Shown here: in pieces, positions 12,861 through 25,200 of the stretch
Numbering within the stretch: position 1 is the stretch's first letter
Layout: each line of letters begins with the position of its first letter
Assembly: GCF_006345805.1 (NCBI RefSeq)
Contig: NC_042997.1
Coordinates: 176,638,001-176,702,000 of the forward strand
Source of the DNA: Octopus sinensis
Lineage: Eukaryota
Reading direction: 5' to 3'
DNA: 64,000 nt
The notes under the pieces: generated by a model
Databases searched by the model: none
What the model saw: the letters and a program-made list of their open reading frames with translations, nothing else
What the model was told of the DNA's origin: nothing
Made by a program: the position numbers and the translations under genes

Positions 12861-13540
12861 AAATATGAAAGTATATATTTATTTTTTTTTTACTTGCTAG
12901 CAAAAGTTAGATGGGAAGGTAGTAGAAGTAAGAATTTTATGGAATGCTATTCCTGTCACCAACCCTTACCTGTGTTTCAAATAAAGAAAAAAAATTTCTA
13001 TTTCAGAACAATTTCAAAGCAAGGAGTTAACAAATGATTTGTTGTCGGAAAATGTCAACAAAAGTCTCCAGTTGCAGTCTAGCCACAAATGGTGACATCA
13101 TCATCTACAGCTCAGCCGCAAATCATGAAGTCAACATATGTTGCATAACTAAGGTCTGTAAATATTTGTAGACACATATATGTAAAAATACTTGATTCAA
13201 AGAGAAAGGGGACCAAAAATAAATATGTACAATACAATGGTATAATTATGCGTACGCACAACTGGCAGACTTCTTTCAGTTTCCATCTGCCAAATTCCAT
13301 CACAAGGCATTATTTAGCCAAAGGCTATGGGACTGAACTTGAAGTCACATAACTGAGAAGTAAACAATATATGCATGCATATAGATACACATACACACAT
13401 CTGAAAACAAAATCGTCATTTCATGCCTATTGTTCAAGCTGGCAGGGATCAGGTGGTCTGATTTGGCATAGTTTCTATGGCTGGATGCTTTTATGTGGCA
13501 AACAGAAGGAATGGTCTTAAAACTTTTGCTGTGGAGTATG

Positions 13541-13577
<37 letters not shown>

Positions 13578-13584
13578 TGCAAAA

Positions 13585-13860
13585 ACAATCATCATAGTTA
13601 GCTGAACTTACAGTGCACTGGGAGAAAAGACCTGACATTTCTCACCAGCTGAAGGAAACCAAATTTCAGGACTTGGTTCATGAGACACTAGTTAAGGGAT
13701 GGCATGCAGCCTCATTCCCTACTGAAGTCAGCTACTGCAGCTTTCTAGCTGCATTGGTGCACTATTTCCTGCAGAAGATTGGTCTGGGATCCTGACAAAT
13801 AAAGAAAGCCACCAAGGGGAGAGGCATGGCAGCTGAAACCAGCTGTGATTAAACAAGAGA
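13585..13860 (+). mobile_element. RLE-type (HERO/NeSL/R2-like) retrotransposon C-terminal remnant
   Basis: ELTVHWEKR...KETKFQDLVHETLVKGWHAASFPTEVSYCSF resembles the ELTVPWE...K..KY.DL...P.EVG.RG restriction-like endonuclease motif. Confidence 0.6.
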
Positions 13861-14061
13861 CCACAAGAGAAATCTTCCAAAAGCAAAGACTAATTCAGTC
13901 CCCACTGCCCCTTTCAAGCAAAGCATACAAGTTAAAGAGTAAAACTCTTGTGGTCCTGAGATACCTGCTGATGATACAGAAGAGTTTCCAACACTGATAG
14001 ATTCAGAGAAGGTTGCAAAGCATCTCTGATGTTTTTTTCCACCTGTATATATATTAATATA

Positions 14062-14695
14062 TTAGAGTGTTTGTAAAATAATTGTGTTTTTTCACCATTA
14101 TGAAATACGAATCAACCATTCACATCAGAACCATGGTCAAGATGGGCGGGTGCTGTCTAGAAATAGTATATCATCTCTTCTATTCGGCAGTTTGTCATTC
14201 ATAATCATTTCGGTAATTAATCCCATGGAGGATAAGAACTTTATGAAACAAAAGTACTGTTACAGAAGCAATGAAAAACATTTGTGAAGTGTATCTGAAT
14301 GCAGTGAAATCTCATACATGTCAGCTGTGGTTTAAAGATAGTGATTGTGGCATATCCAACAAACTTTGCTCTGTTACACGATCATTAGGACGGGAAGTTC
14401 TTCTACATCTTCCATGCTCACCTGACTTAGTACCTATGGATTTCCATCTGTTCTGATCACTAGAACCATTTTATAAAAGGCAAAATATTCAGAATGAGGA
14501 AGTTGAAAACAGACTTTCAGACTTTTTTCAGGAAAAGAAATAGGTTTCTTTGAATGTGACATAAAAAAGTTACTTTCCCACTGGGCTGTGGTCATTGCAA
14601 ACAATGGTGATTACATTCTTGATTAAAACTATTCAGATAAATGTAGTTTACATTTGTCCTTTCTGGTAAAACAAACTACTTTCCGAACACCCTAA
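14062..14695 (+). mobile_element. internally deleted mariner
   Basis: TA-TTAGAGTGTTTG...CGAACACCCTAA-TA ends. The N-terminus (MEDK, MKNICEVY...TCQLWF) is fused to the C-terminus (HLPCSPDLVPMDFHLF). Confidence 0.85.
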
Positions 14696-15431
14696 TACAT
14701 ACATACATATGTCCACTATAATTTCAGAAAGATCCCGCACACAATATAATATTTACTGAAGTTGGAAAATATCCTATTTAAATGTTGTACCATATAAACA
14801 TTTCCCAAAAATACATAAAAGATTGGATAACATTAGAAAGTTAAACAAAATTCTCCATAAAAATTATAAACAAACAATGCAGGTGGATTGTGAAAGAAAT
14901 ACTGTTCCTAACAAATGAAAGTAATAGCCTTAGGCATTGACTTAGACATTTATTAGTGAAGCAGACAATTTGACAGAAGTGATGGCCAATATGAATTTAT
15001 AATCCAGATAACATACAAACATGAAATTTTAAAAATCAATTCCTAGTCATGAGTGAAGAACACACAATGTATGCATTTTGAACAAATATTGTACAGCTTT
15101 ATCACATAGTAAAAAATATAATCTCTTATTTGAAGTTTCTCTAAAATTAAACAACCAGATAATTTGTCAGGACTGAAAGCAGAAAGGTGTGTCCTGCTTG
15201 CGCACACAGACAGAGGGTCTGGCAGGAAAATCTAATGATTTTTAAAAGGTAATAAATTTAATTGACTGTGATTGGTGTTTGCAAGCTTGGTGATGTCGAG
15301 CAGCAAAAATCACACCATTTCAATAGCTGTTAAACAATGGAATGCATACTGTCATGCCTCTGTGATTGAGATATAAATTTTAAGAGTGGTAACTCAGTTA
15401 CTCAAATGCAACAAAATTTTTATTTGTATTT

Positions 15432-15790
15432 CAATACGAGTCATCACGGATAATTGTGTAGTGGGAATATAATACCGTTGTTGTTGGTAAAAATATCAGG
15501 AAGAGGTCCAGCTTTGATTTAAAAACCCCTACATCTACTTTGTGCAAGTTCCTCAGACTCTTTGGGAGAATATTAAAAAACTGTGGGCCCTTGAAACTCA
15601 GGCTGTTGCAGTAACTGGTCTTGAAGCGTGATGGCATTGCTGGGACCTTTGGCACTATGCAGTGTCGTCCCGTTCTGGCATTGGTGTAGCTTTCAATGCT
15701 AAAATTTGGCACAATTCCTTCCAGGATCTTCCAGATATATATTACTGCATACCTCTCCCATCAAATATAGTTAAGCTGTGTACCTATTGC
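15432..15790 (-). mobile_element. CR1-like LINE 3' fragment
   Basis: YIWKILEGIVPNFSIESYTNARTGRHC...GPQFFNILPKSLRNL...FKSKLDLFL. Confidence 0.8.
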
Positions 15791-16522
15791 ATAACTTCTT
15801 TCCTCCAGAACTAAATAGATGTGGTATTAGTATCATTCCAACATGTGGTATTAGTATCATTCCAACAACATGGTATCACCACCTATACAACAAGAACTCC
15901 CATGGCTTCCATACAGCTACAGCTCCTAATTCCAGATAGGAAAACATTACAAAGTTATATTCAAATTCTCTATAAAAATTACAGATAGGTAATGCAGGAA
16001 GATTGTGAAAGCCATTGTGATTAAAAGAAAGAATTACTGTCTCTAACAGGTGATGGCAATATTTTTATGCATTAAAGTTGACCATCACCATCAACATCAC
16101 GATTGTCATCATCTTCCTCCTTTAACATATTTTCCATGCTGGCATGGGTCAGACGGTTTGACCACAGTTGGCAAACCAGAGAGCTGCACCAGGTTCAAGT
16201 CTGACTTGGCCTGAATTCTATGGTTGGATGTCCTTTATAACTTCCTAATGCCACCCAATGCTGGGTGCTTTTAACGTGGCTTCAGCATGAACAGTAAACA
16301 TCAAAGAACGTCTATAATTTTCATGGACTTTATAAAGAAATTTTTACTAAGCTTGTAATTTTCCAGTGTTGCAAAATAATCCTAGACTTTTGTGAATATT
16401 TCCTTTGGGGTTACCTCAAAGAGAGAGTCTTTATCAATGAAAGAGATGGACTGAGCAAACTATTATAAATTTCAGCAAAGGTATAAGAATGTATGTGAAA
16501 CAAGGCAGGCATCTGGATGATA

Positions 16523-16888
16523 TCTCTATATATATAAATGGCAAAATGTCTGTGTGCGTGTCCTTTATACAAATCCACAATTTTTCAGTTAGAGGGCTCG
16601 CACTTTCTATGGTCATTCAAAACTGTCCAAGGGTGGTCATGCACATCTTTACATTTCCCCAGTCACCCTGCAAAGCCATTAAAAAATCAATAGAAGTGAC
16701 TTTTTTTTGTGAATTTTCTATCCAAAACCCAAACAAAATGCCCGAAACTTGATACGCCAATTGAATGCCAGCCAGCTGTATGTGATTGGTGGGAGATTTG
16801 GACAGTACTCGCGTGTATGTGCGCATGCACGCAGCTGTATATGCATGCACTAGCACTATGACCCGGCAACGCCGGGTCATAGTGCTAG
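16523..16888 (+). mobile_element. non-autonomous Helitron
   Basis: 5' TCTCTATATATATAAA; 3' hairpin GACCCGGC-AAC-GCCGGGTC followed by CTAG|T; no TSD. Confidence 0.85.
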
Positions 16889-19044
16889 TATTTAGACTAA
16901 ATGAGTAGTTACTTATGTATTCCCTACACGTTTATAAATGGCAGACACCATTCTGTACCTTCAGACAACAAAGGTTGTCAAAATCTATTGGATCTTCTTG
17001 CTGGACCATATGTATGTATGTGTGGTAAGAAGTTTGCTTCCCAATCACAAGAGTCTGGGTTCAGTCCCACAGCATGGCACCTTGGGCAAGTGTCTTATTT
17101 ACTATAGCCTAAGGCCAACCGAAGCCTTATAAGTGGATTTAGTAGACGGAAACTGAAAGAAGGTCATTATATGTGTGTGTGTGTGCATGTCCCCCACCAT
17201 CACTTGACAACTGATGTCGGTGTATTTACATCCTCATAACTTAGTGGTTCAGCAAAAGAGACTGATAGAATAAGTACCAGGCTTAAAAAAAAAAATAAGT
17301 GCTGGAGTAATTCATTCAACTAAAATTCTTAAAGGCAGTGCCCCAGCATGGTCAGTCATTAGATTGTGGCCATGCTGGGGCATAAGTAAAAGATATATCA
17401 TCATCATCGTTTAACGTCCACTTTCCATGCTAGTATGGGTTGGATGATTTAACTGAGGTCTGGCGAACCAGATGGCTGCACCAGGCTCCAATCTGATCTG
17501 GCAGAGTTTCTACAGCTGGATGCCCTTCCTAACGCCAACCACTCCAAGAGAGTAGCGGCTGCTTTTGTGTGCCACTGGCACGAGGGCTGGTCAGGTGCTA
17601 CTGGCAATGGCCGCGCTCAAATGGTGCTTTTTAAGTGTTACCTGCACAGGAGCTAGTCCAGTGGGGCTGGCAACGACCTCGCTCGAATGTTTTTTCCCGT
17701 GTCACCAGTCACCAGCACAGATGCCAGTAAAGCAACGCTGGTAACGATCACGCTTGAATGGTGTTTTTTACGTGCTACTGGCATGGAAGCCAGTCTGTTG
17801 CTCTGGCAACGATCACGCTCGGATGGTACTCTTAGCGCTCCACTAGCACGGATGCTAGTCATCAAATTTGATTTCGATATATATATATATACACACACAA
17901 ACACATATATACATTTATATACACATAAATACATACATGTCTTATTCTTTACATCTGCTTATATATATATGTAACACCTATAAGATATATAAATATATAT
18001 ATAATTCTGGTTCATTCCCACTGCGTACACCTTAGACACGTATCTTCTGCTGTAGCCTTGGGTTAACCAAAATTTTATTTGTGAGTGGATATGGTAGATA
18101 GAAACTGAAAGAAAACTATCACATACACACACACACGTATATATGTATGTTTATATATTTGTACATACATATATGTGTGTATTTGTGTGTGTGCATAAAT
18201 GTATATAGGTAAACGTGTGTTTGAGGCTCTTTGGATAGTTGTAAATGTGTATCACAATCATATAATTTGGTCATTCATTTTCACTGATCTGTGAGTAACC
18301 TATTTGGAAGTAATACTCATTCTTGAAAATAAATGAGGTTTGGCAACAGGAACAGCATCTAGTTGTAGAAAAATCTGACTCAATGAATTTTGCCTGACCC
18401 TTGCAAACATGGCACAAGTACATGCTAAAACAATGAGGACGATAATATATAATTAGTAATAATAACAAACTGAAACAAGAACTCATTACCATTTTTTCAG
18501 GTGAGTAATAGAATTGGCTGAGAGAGAAATGTGGGATTAAAAAGAATAAGGGCCGGGGGATAGATATGAGAGTATGTCTTTGAAGGTATAAATCAGTAGA
18601 TTCAGCCTCTGTAGACCAATAAATAAAGCTTGAAAGGATCAATGAGATATGTAACAAAAACCATTTACCTGTATGTATATATGTGGAATTAGTTAATCCT
18701 TAATCATCTAAATTAATCATTTAGATGATTAAGGATCATTTTGTAAAACTTGATTCTTGGAGGGTAGGCAATAGCAAGCAGCAATACCTGTGTGTGTGTG
18801 GTGAGAGAGAGTATGTGAGAGTGACATTGTTAAGTTCAGATACTGAACTTTTCAAAAGTCTTGTAGAATATTACTTGTCCACTGATTAACAATGGACATG
18901 AGTAAATTTTTTTCTTAACACATACTCACACATATAATGTATGTATGTATGCATATACACAGATATGTATGTATGTGGAGAAATACAACAATACAGATAT
19001 TGGAGAGTATAAAAGTAGTTAATTGCTCGTATTGAATATATCTG

Positions 19045-19346
19045 TCACAAACACTCTTTCAGTGGAGAATACTGCATGTCTCTTTGTTGGCCTGGTATAC
19101 GGAATCCACTAGAACAAGCACTGTTATTACCATCATCAAATTCCTGGTTATTCATATCAATGAATCTGATGCCAGCTTGGTCATCTTTCCGTTGATTTCT
19201 GTTGAGTCGTTTGACTTTGGTACAAATACGATGGTAGTATAAACAGACAGAAAGGAAAACTAACAGGAAACAGACAAGAACAATAAGAAAAATCAATGTG
19301 CCACTCAGTTTCTGAGATTCCACAGATGTCTTTTTTTTACCAAATC
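19045..19346 (-). CDS. MEGF9-like receptor exon 8 (TM helix and cytoplasmic tail)
   Basis: ttttcag|GA acceptor. TM segment TLIFLIVLVCFLLVFLSVCLYY is followed by basic residues, and the tail ends QYSPLKECL-stop. Confidence 0.88.
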
Positions 19347-19460
19347 CTGAAAAAAATTAATATAAAGGATATCAAAAAATTCCACTGTTAGAGAAATATC
19401 AGAATGAAAAAAAGCAGAAAAGTTATACATTTTTTCTTTTGTTTAATATTAAATAATATA

Positions 19461-19858
19461 GGCGCAGGAGCAGCTGTGTGGTAAGTAGCTTGTTTACCAA
19501 CCACATGGTTCCGGGTTCAGTCCCACTGCATGGCACCTTGGGCAAGTGTCTTCTACTATAGCCTCGGGCCGACCAAAGCCTTTGAGTGGATTTGGTAGAC
19601 GGAAACTGAAAGAAGCCCGTCGTATATATATGTATATATATATGCGTGTGTGTGTTTGTGTGTCTGTGTTTGCCCCCTAGCATTGCTTGACAACCGATGC
19701 TGGTGTGTTTATGTCCCCATTACTTAGCGGTTCGGCAAAAGAGACCGATAGATTAAGTACTGGGCTTACAAAAGAATAAGTCCCGGGGTCGAGTTGCTCG
19801 ATTAAAGGTGGTGCTCCAGCATGGCCGTGGTCAGATGACTGAAACAAGTAAAGAGAGT
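19461..19858 (+). mobile_element. tRNA-headed SINE family B with central microsatellite
   Basis: gcgcaggagcagctgtgtggtaag...GGTTCAGTCC...gactgaaacaagtaaa. Other copies at about 17015-17395, 21770-22385 (-, with an RTE tail nested inside), 27211-27615, 31049-31430, 33030-33240 (-), 50925-51690 (-, fragments), 61767-62205 (-) and 62975-63135 (-). Confidence 0.9.
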
Positions 19859-20199
19859 ATTGTAATTTTCATCAACTATATTGGCACAGGTATAACTCTG
19901 TACTTAAGAAATTTACTTCCCAATTTTACCAAAATCTGGGTAATCTATATGAAAAAAAACAACAAAAAAAGCCCAACTTCTTTGTTTTTCTTTTTTTTTA
20001 CAATATCCAGTTTCATACTCTGACCAAGAATTAACTAGGTATAAATGATCATACATCATGGTTTCAAAATTAATGTTAATTTTAAAATTGCCCCATGAAG
20101 TTTGATACCTACACTATACACTGTGTAACAAAAGTTTCATTTTCTTTTTATCTTTGATCAGTAAGTGTTATATCTTATTTGCTTCTATCTAGAAATCAA

Positions 20200-20540
20200 A
20201 GGAAATGACTACTATTCCCTTCAAACTTTGCTTTTGTGACCCGGACATCAATGTTTTGAAACTGACCTATTTTCCATTGCAGTTCAGACGGGTTCAGCAT
20301 TGAGTTGCTGAGGCAGAAATATCATTATAGCAAATATTCTGCTCAATACCAGAGATTTGCTTGTCAGTTACTTGACCTTAACCTCTTGAGCATTTCCCTT
20401 AGTGGCTGACAGTAAGTGCACCTCTGATCATGTGCAGGCGTAGTAGGGGAGCATTATAGTCATGTGCCAAGAGGGATTCTTTGGGGTTTGAATAAATGTA
20501 ACAAAAGCAAATTTTGAAGGAAATATTAGCTATTTTTCAT
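20200..20540. mobile_element. MITE with about 40-bp TIRs
   Basis: ggaaatgactactattcccttcaaactttgcttttgtgac is inverted against gtaacaaaagcaaattttgaaggaaatattagctattttc. Partial copy at about 23765-23980 and a solo TIR at about 20829-20865. Confidence 0.7.
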
Positions 20541-20671
20541 ACTTTCTAAGGGTAAGCAAATAGGAAAAAAAGCTGCTACCCAAGGACGAAAATTGTGTTA
20601 TGCTGTGTTATAGAGGTGAAACATAGATTAGAATTAAAAATAAAGAAAGAACTCAAACAATAATAATTCAC

Positions 20672-20776
20672 CTTCATATGTGCAGTTCTTGTGTAGAATT
20701 GGGTCACCAACAAAACCAGGAAGGCAGTCATCACAAGCAAAACCAGTAGTATTACGAAGGCAATGCATACATGCAC
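20672..20776 (-). CDS. MEGF9-like receptor exon 7 (end of laminin-type EGF 3); too short in this frame to appear in the ORF track
   Basis: tttag|GT to GAAG|gtgaat; 105 nt. Encodes GACMHCLRNTTGFACDDCLPGFVGDPILHKNCTYE, completing LE3. Confidence 0.92.
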
Positions 20777-21500
20777 CTAAAGAAATATAAAACACAGATA
20801 TTTTCTTTTCACCTTCAAAGACTGTAGAAAGGAAATGACTACTATTCCCTCCAAAGTTTGCTTATCACTTGGTCAGGATGTATGAGCTTTTAATAACGTT
20901 TAACACAATAGATTTGGACCAGGCTGAATTTAACTATGTGGCTGCAAAACCACTTTAGCCAATCTTCTGACAAACCATCAGTGTGTCAGTCTGTTCTACA
21001 AGGCTTTATGTTTGGTTCACTTTTATTCTATGTTTTTGTACATTATTTTGTCAACACTCGTGAAAAATCTGTTGAAAACATGTGTTATTTGTAAAACTAA
21101 AAGTGAGCGAGTGATTTTAAGATAGACTGTTTGAACTAAAACAATATCAGGATGAAAGCTTGGTTGAATATCAGATACAGAGGAAGAGTTACAACAAAAT
21201 TCCTAAATTATAAGAATATTAATAGAGATGCAGCACGAAGTTTTGTCAGTGAACAGGTCGCGGTCTCAAAGCGACGAAAATATTTTGACAAATTAAATTT
21301 AAATGTTGAAGTGAATCTAACGGTTTTTGTGTGTTTCTTAAATGGCTTATAAACACCTTCCACGCTGCAATTGCTTTCGTTCCAGCACACAATCTCAGAT
21401 CAAGTCACTTGCTATGCAAGTACATCTCTATAAGAATATTATATGTCAGAAAATACAAACATTGCCAATAGTAACAAAGGTGAAAAGCTTAAAACCTTAC

Positions 21501-21659
21501 CAGTGCGGGGATCGCAAATCTCGGGGGAGTTAAGGTCAACATTGTCATTGCAAATGCACTTGGCACACTTGTCATAATACGAGAAGTAGCCATTGTCACA
21601 AACTTCACAATTTTTACCATTATAACCCTTCTTACAGTAGCAAGTAGCTACTTCTCCCA
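21501..21659 (-). CDS. MEGF9-like receptor exon 6 (laminin-type EGF 2-3)
   Basis: tttcag|TG to CTG|gtaagg; 159 nt. Encodes VGEVATCYCKKGYNGKNCEVCDNGYFSYYDKCAKCICNDNVDLNSPEICDPRT. Confidence 0.92.
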
Positions 21660-24120
21660 CTGAAAGAAAAATAAGTTAAAAAATAATAAGTAGTGTAAGA
21701 AAAATTAAAGCAATATAATAAAAAAAAATCCATTTTAAGACAAAAAGATTATTATTATAAAAGTTCATTCTTTTAGTTGTTTCAGTCATTTGACTGCAGC
21801 CATGTTGAAGCACCGCTTTGAAGGGTTTTAACTGAACAAATTGACCCCAGGACTTATCTTTTAAAGCCTAGTCTCTTTTGCCTAAATGCTGAGTTACAGG
21901 AAGGTAAACACACCAACACTGGTTGTCAAATGGCGATGGGAGGACAAACACAGATACAAAGACACACACACATATATATACATGTGCCGGTGGCATGTAA
22001 AACGCACCAACCGATCGTGTCCGCTGCCAGCCTGCCCTGGTACCTGTGCCGGTGGCACATAAAAAGCACCCACTACACTCACTGAGTGGTTGACATTAGG
22101 AAGGGCATCCAGCTGTAGAAACACTGCCAGATCAGACTGGAGCCTGGTGCAGTCTCCTGGCTTCCTAGACCCCGGTCGAACCATCCAACCCATGCTAGCA
22201 CAGAAAACGAACGTTAAACGATGATGATGGTGATGATGGGCTTCTTTCAGTTTCTGTCCACCGAATTCACTTGCTTTGGTTGACCTGAGGCTATAGTAGA
22301 AGATACTTGTCCAAGGTGCCATGCAGTGGGACTGAACCTGGATCCATGTGGTTAGGAAGCAAGCTTCTTATCACACTGCCACGCCTTTACCTATGTGCTC
22401 GTGTGGTAGTATTTTACCAAATTAAAGTCTAGACTTGGAAAACAAAAAAGGCTTGAAAATATAGTCAAGTGGGCAAGTGTTTTCATAACATTGAGTTGAC
22501 CGATGCCTTGGGAGATAAATTTAGCAGGTGGAAACTCTGTGGAAGCTCATCCTGAATGTGTGTGCGTGTAAATTGGTCCACTGAACAATAGCTTGAAATA
22601 TCTAAGTGATGAGTAAGTGGTGAGCTGACAGAATTTTAAAAGCACCAGCAAAATGCTAATGGCATTTCATCCACCTCTATGTTCTGAGTTCAAATTCTGC
22701 TGAGGTCGACTTTGCCTTTTTATCCTTTTGGGGCCGATAAAATAAGTATCAATTGAGCACTGGGGTTGATGTAATCAACTGGCTCTCTCCACCAAAATCA
22801 TTGGCCGTGTGCCAAAACGTGAACCCAACATTTAAGTAACAAGTTATGTCCCTTTATGATATTCATTAAATATAGATAGATATACCAAAGTACAAGGAAC
22901 AATGTAATCAATCATAACAGTTGACAGTGGTGCTCCAGCTTGGTTACAGTCCAAAGACTGAAATCTGTACAAGAATAAAAAAGAAATATAACAAAATTAT
23001 CTCTGTTGTTGTTAGCAATTTATCTAGTCACATTCATTTCCATTCTGAGTTCAACTTGCACTGAAATCAAGTTTTGTCTTATATCCTTCTTTAGTGTCAA
23101 CCAAATAGGGTATTAGTCAAACACAGATGTAGATTAAATCACCTTATACCCTCCCACAAAATCTGCTCACATGTCTGTATAAGAAATCATTGTAATATTT
23201 AGTGTTCAAATTACACAGGGGTTGAGAGCCTGCTTTCTTTATTTCCAGAGTCGACATACAGGAGTAGATTCAGTTGATTAGATACTCCCTACAAATTTAT
23301 AATTTTGCCCCAAAGTATGAAATCATTATTATAAAAGGTGCTAGAACAACAAATTATAGGAAGTCAGATTAATATTCAGTTGTGTCCCTTTTTTGTTTTG
23401 TGTTTAAAATTCTGTTTCATTCCTCGTACCTCAGCAAATAATAATTACTATCATATCAGGCACAACAATAATAATTCTTTCTACTATAAGCACAAGTACT
23501 TATTTTATTGATCCAGAAATTTGAACTCAGGGTACATAGCTGGAAGAATCGTTGGCATTCTATCCAGCATGCCAACAATTCTTCCACAAGATATTTTTTG
23601 CCAAGCTAGCAGAATCATTAGCACAATTGATACTTGATGAAAAGCAAAATCAACTTCAGCGGAATTTGAACTCAGAACGCAAAGACAGACAAAATACCAC
23701 TAGGCATTTTGCCTGGCATACTAACGTTTCTACCAGCTCACTGCCTTCTGAAGCATAAATATTGTTATAGCAAATATTCTGCTCAATACCACAGACCTGC
23801 TTGTCACTTGCTTGACCGTAACCACTTCAGCATTTCCCTTCGTGGTTGACAATATGTGTGTCTCTGATCATGAGCAGGAGTAGTGGGGGAGCATCATAGC
23901 CGTGTGTAGAGAAGGATTCTTTGGGGTTTGAATAAATATAACAAAAGTAAAGTTTGAAGGAAATATTAGCTATTTTCCAAATTTTTCTAGGAGTAAGCTA
24001 ATAGGAAATAACAGTTGCTACCCAAGGACAAAAATCATATTACACTGTGTAACGGACAGATTAACAGATTTGGTTATGTCATTGCTGAAGAAGAAAACTG
24101 ATATAAAAAAATGGACTTAC

Positions 24121-24312
24121 CTAAGGTACAAAAGAAACTCGAGTCTGATTTGCAAGGGCAGGACAGGCAATGGCCATCTTTTTCATAGAAAAAGTGCTTA
24201 CATTGATGACAAAACAAACCAGTGTATCCTTCCCGACAGTGACATATATCTAAGGAATTCAGGTCACATTTCTCATCGCCAGGTTTAACTCCAGGAGGGT
24301 GACAAGAACAAA
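24121..24312 (-). CDS. MEGF9-like receptor exon 5 (laminin-type EGF 1 and start of 2)
   Basis: tttcag|TT to TAG|gtaagt; 192 nt. CSCHPPG...CDLNSLDICHCREGYTGLFCHQCKHFFYEKDGHC shows the 8-Cys LE pattern. Confidence 0.92.
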
Positions 24313-24559
24313 CTGAAATATTAGACAATGTCAGATTTTGAAATAAGAGCAATTGTGTAAAAGTGAATGCCAAACAAAGAAATATATAAAAAAAAAGAAA
24401 GAAAAAACTTCAGAAATAAAGAAGAAATGTGTAATTATTAAGTATTTGGCTTACTGACAAATTACTAGAAACAAGCCTTATATTTGGCCACATCATATCT
24501 TGACCAATTTCTCTAAGATATTATATCTATAGTTTTAAAATGAATAAGGTTGTTTCCAA

Positions 24560-25200
24560 ATAAGGCAATATTTACCCATGACCAGACATATAATTCAACG
24601 AAATTATCCCTAAGTCAGCTTCTACATGCCAGGATCAGATGATTCCTGTTTGTGCCACCTACCACAGCAGCTCCCAGACAGTCCTTGGAACAGTAAGGCT
24701 AAAGTCAACCCCCCACCAACAATTCCACACTCTAGAGGATTCAAATCAGGAGAGTAAGAGAGTCAAATGATCATAGAGAATATTGTGATCTTGGATTTAA
24801 TTTGCCCTCTCCTCATAACATAACATTTGTATTAGATGTCCCTATGCACCACAAGTGAAAAAGTGAACTTCACAAACTTGATCTGTTTAGTAATGGCTTT
24901 CATTAACCCGCTGGAGTCATTGTTAATGATATCCTGGGCTTACTGGATGAACCCAGCCATCCTGGAGACATCTGGCCATTGAGAATGCTTCTTTCTTTTG
25001 GCCTTGATAACACATTCTCATCAGAGGTTCCCAGCTCTTTTCTCACCCTGAACACACAAGACTTAGCCACATTGAAAAACCAGTGATCTCCAAAGGACTG
25101 TAATCAGTAGCTAGTGTCATGAGTATAGTGTACCTTTTTATTTCTCAGTTAAGATCGAAATCTGCCATATTTATGATGTTTATATGTTTGTAAGTGAGAA
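24560..25200 (-). mobile_element. decayed maT/DD37D-like transposon
   Basis: NVAKSCVFRVRKEL, AGFIQ*AQDIINNDSSGLMKAITK and SYSPDLNPLE readings on the minus strand. Confidence 0.6.

Noticed and set aside
15819-15866. 24-bp perfect tandem duplication
   Set aside because: An ordinary slippage or repair duplication next to a truncated LINE.
18271-18657. 128-aa ORF downstream of the receptor stop codon
   Set aside because: No domain or splice support, and it overlaps an eroded RTE tail.
19461-19540. tRNA-like heads with A and B boxes (also 11900-11974, 30408-30490, about 40040-40115 and 54220-54297)
   Set aside because: Each continues into a multi-copy SINE body and lacks a complete cloverleaf, so they are not tRNA genes.
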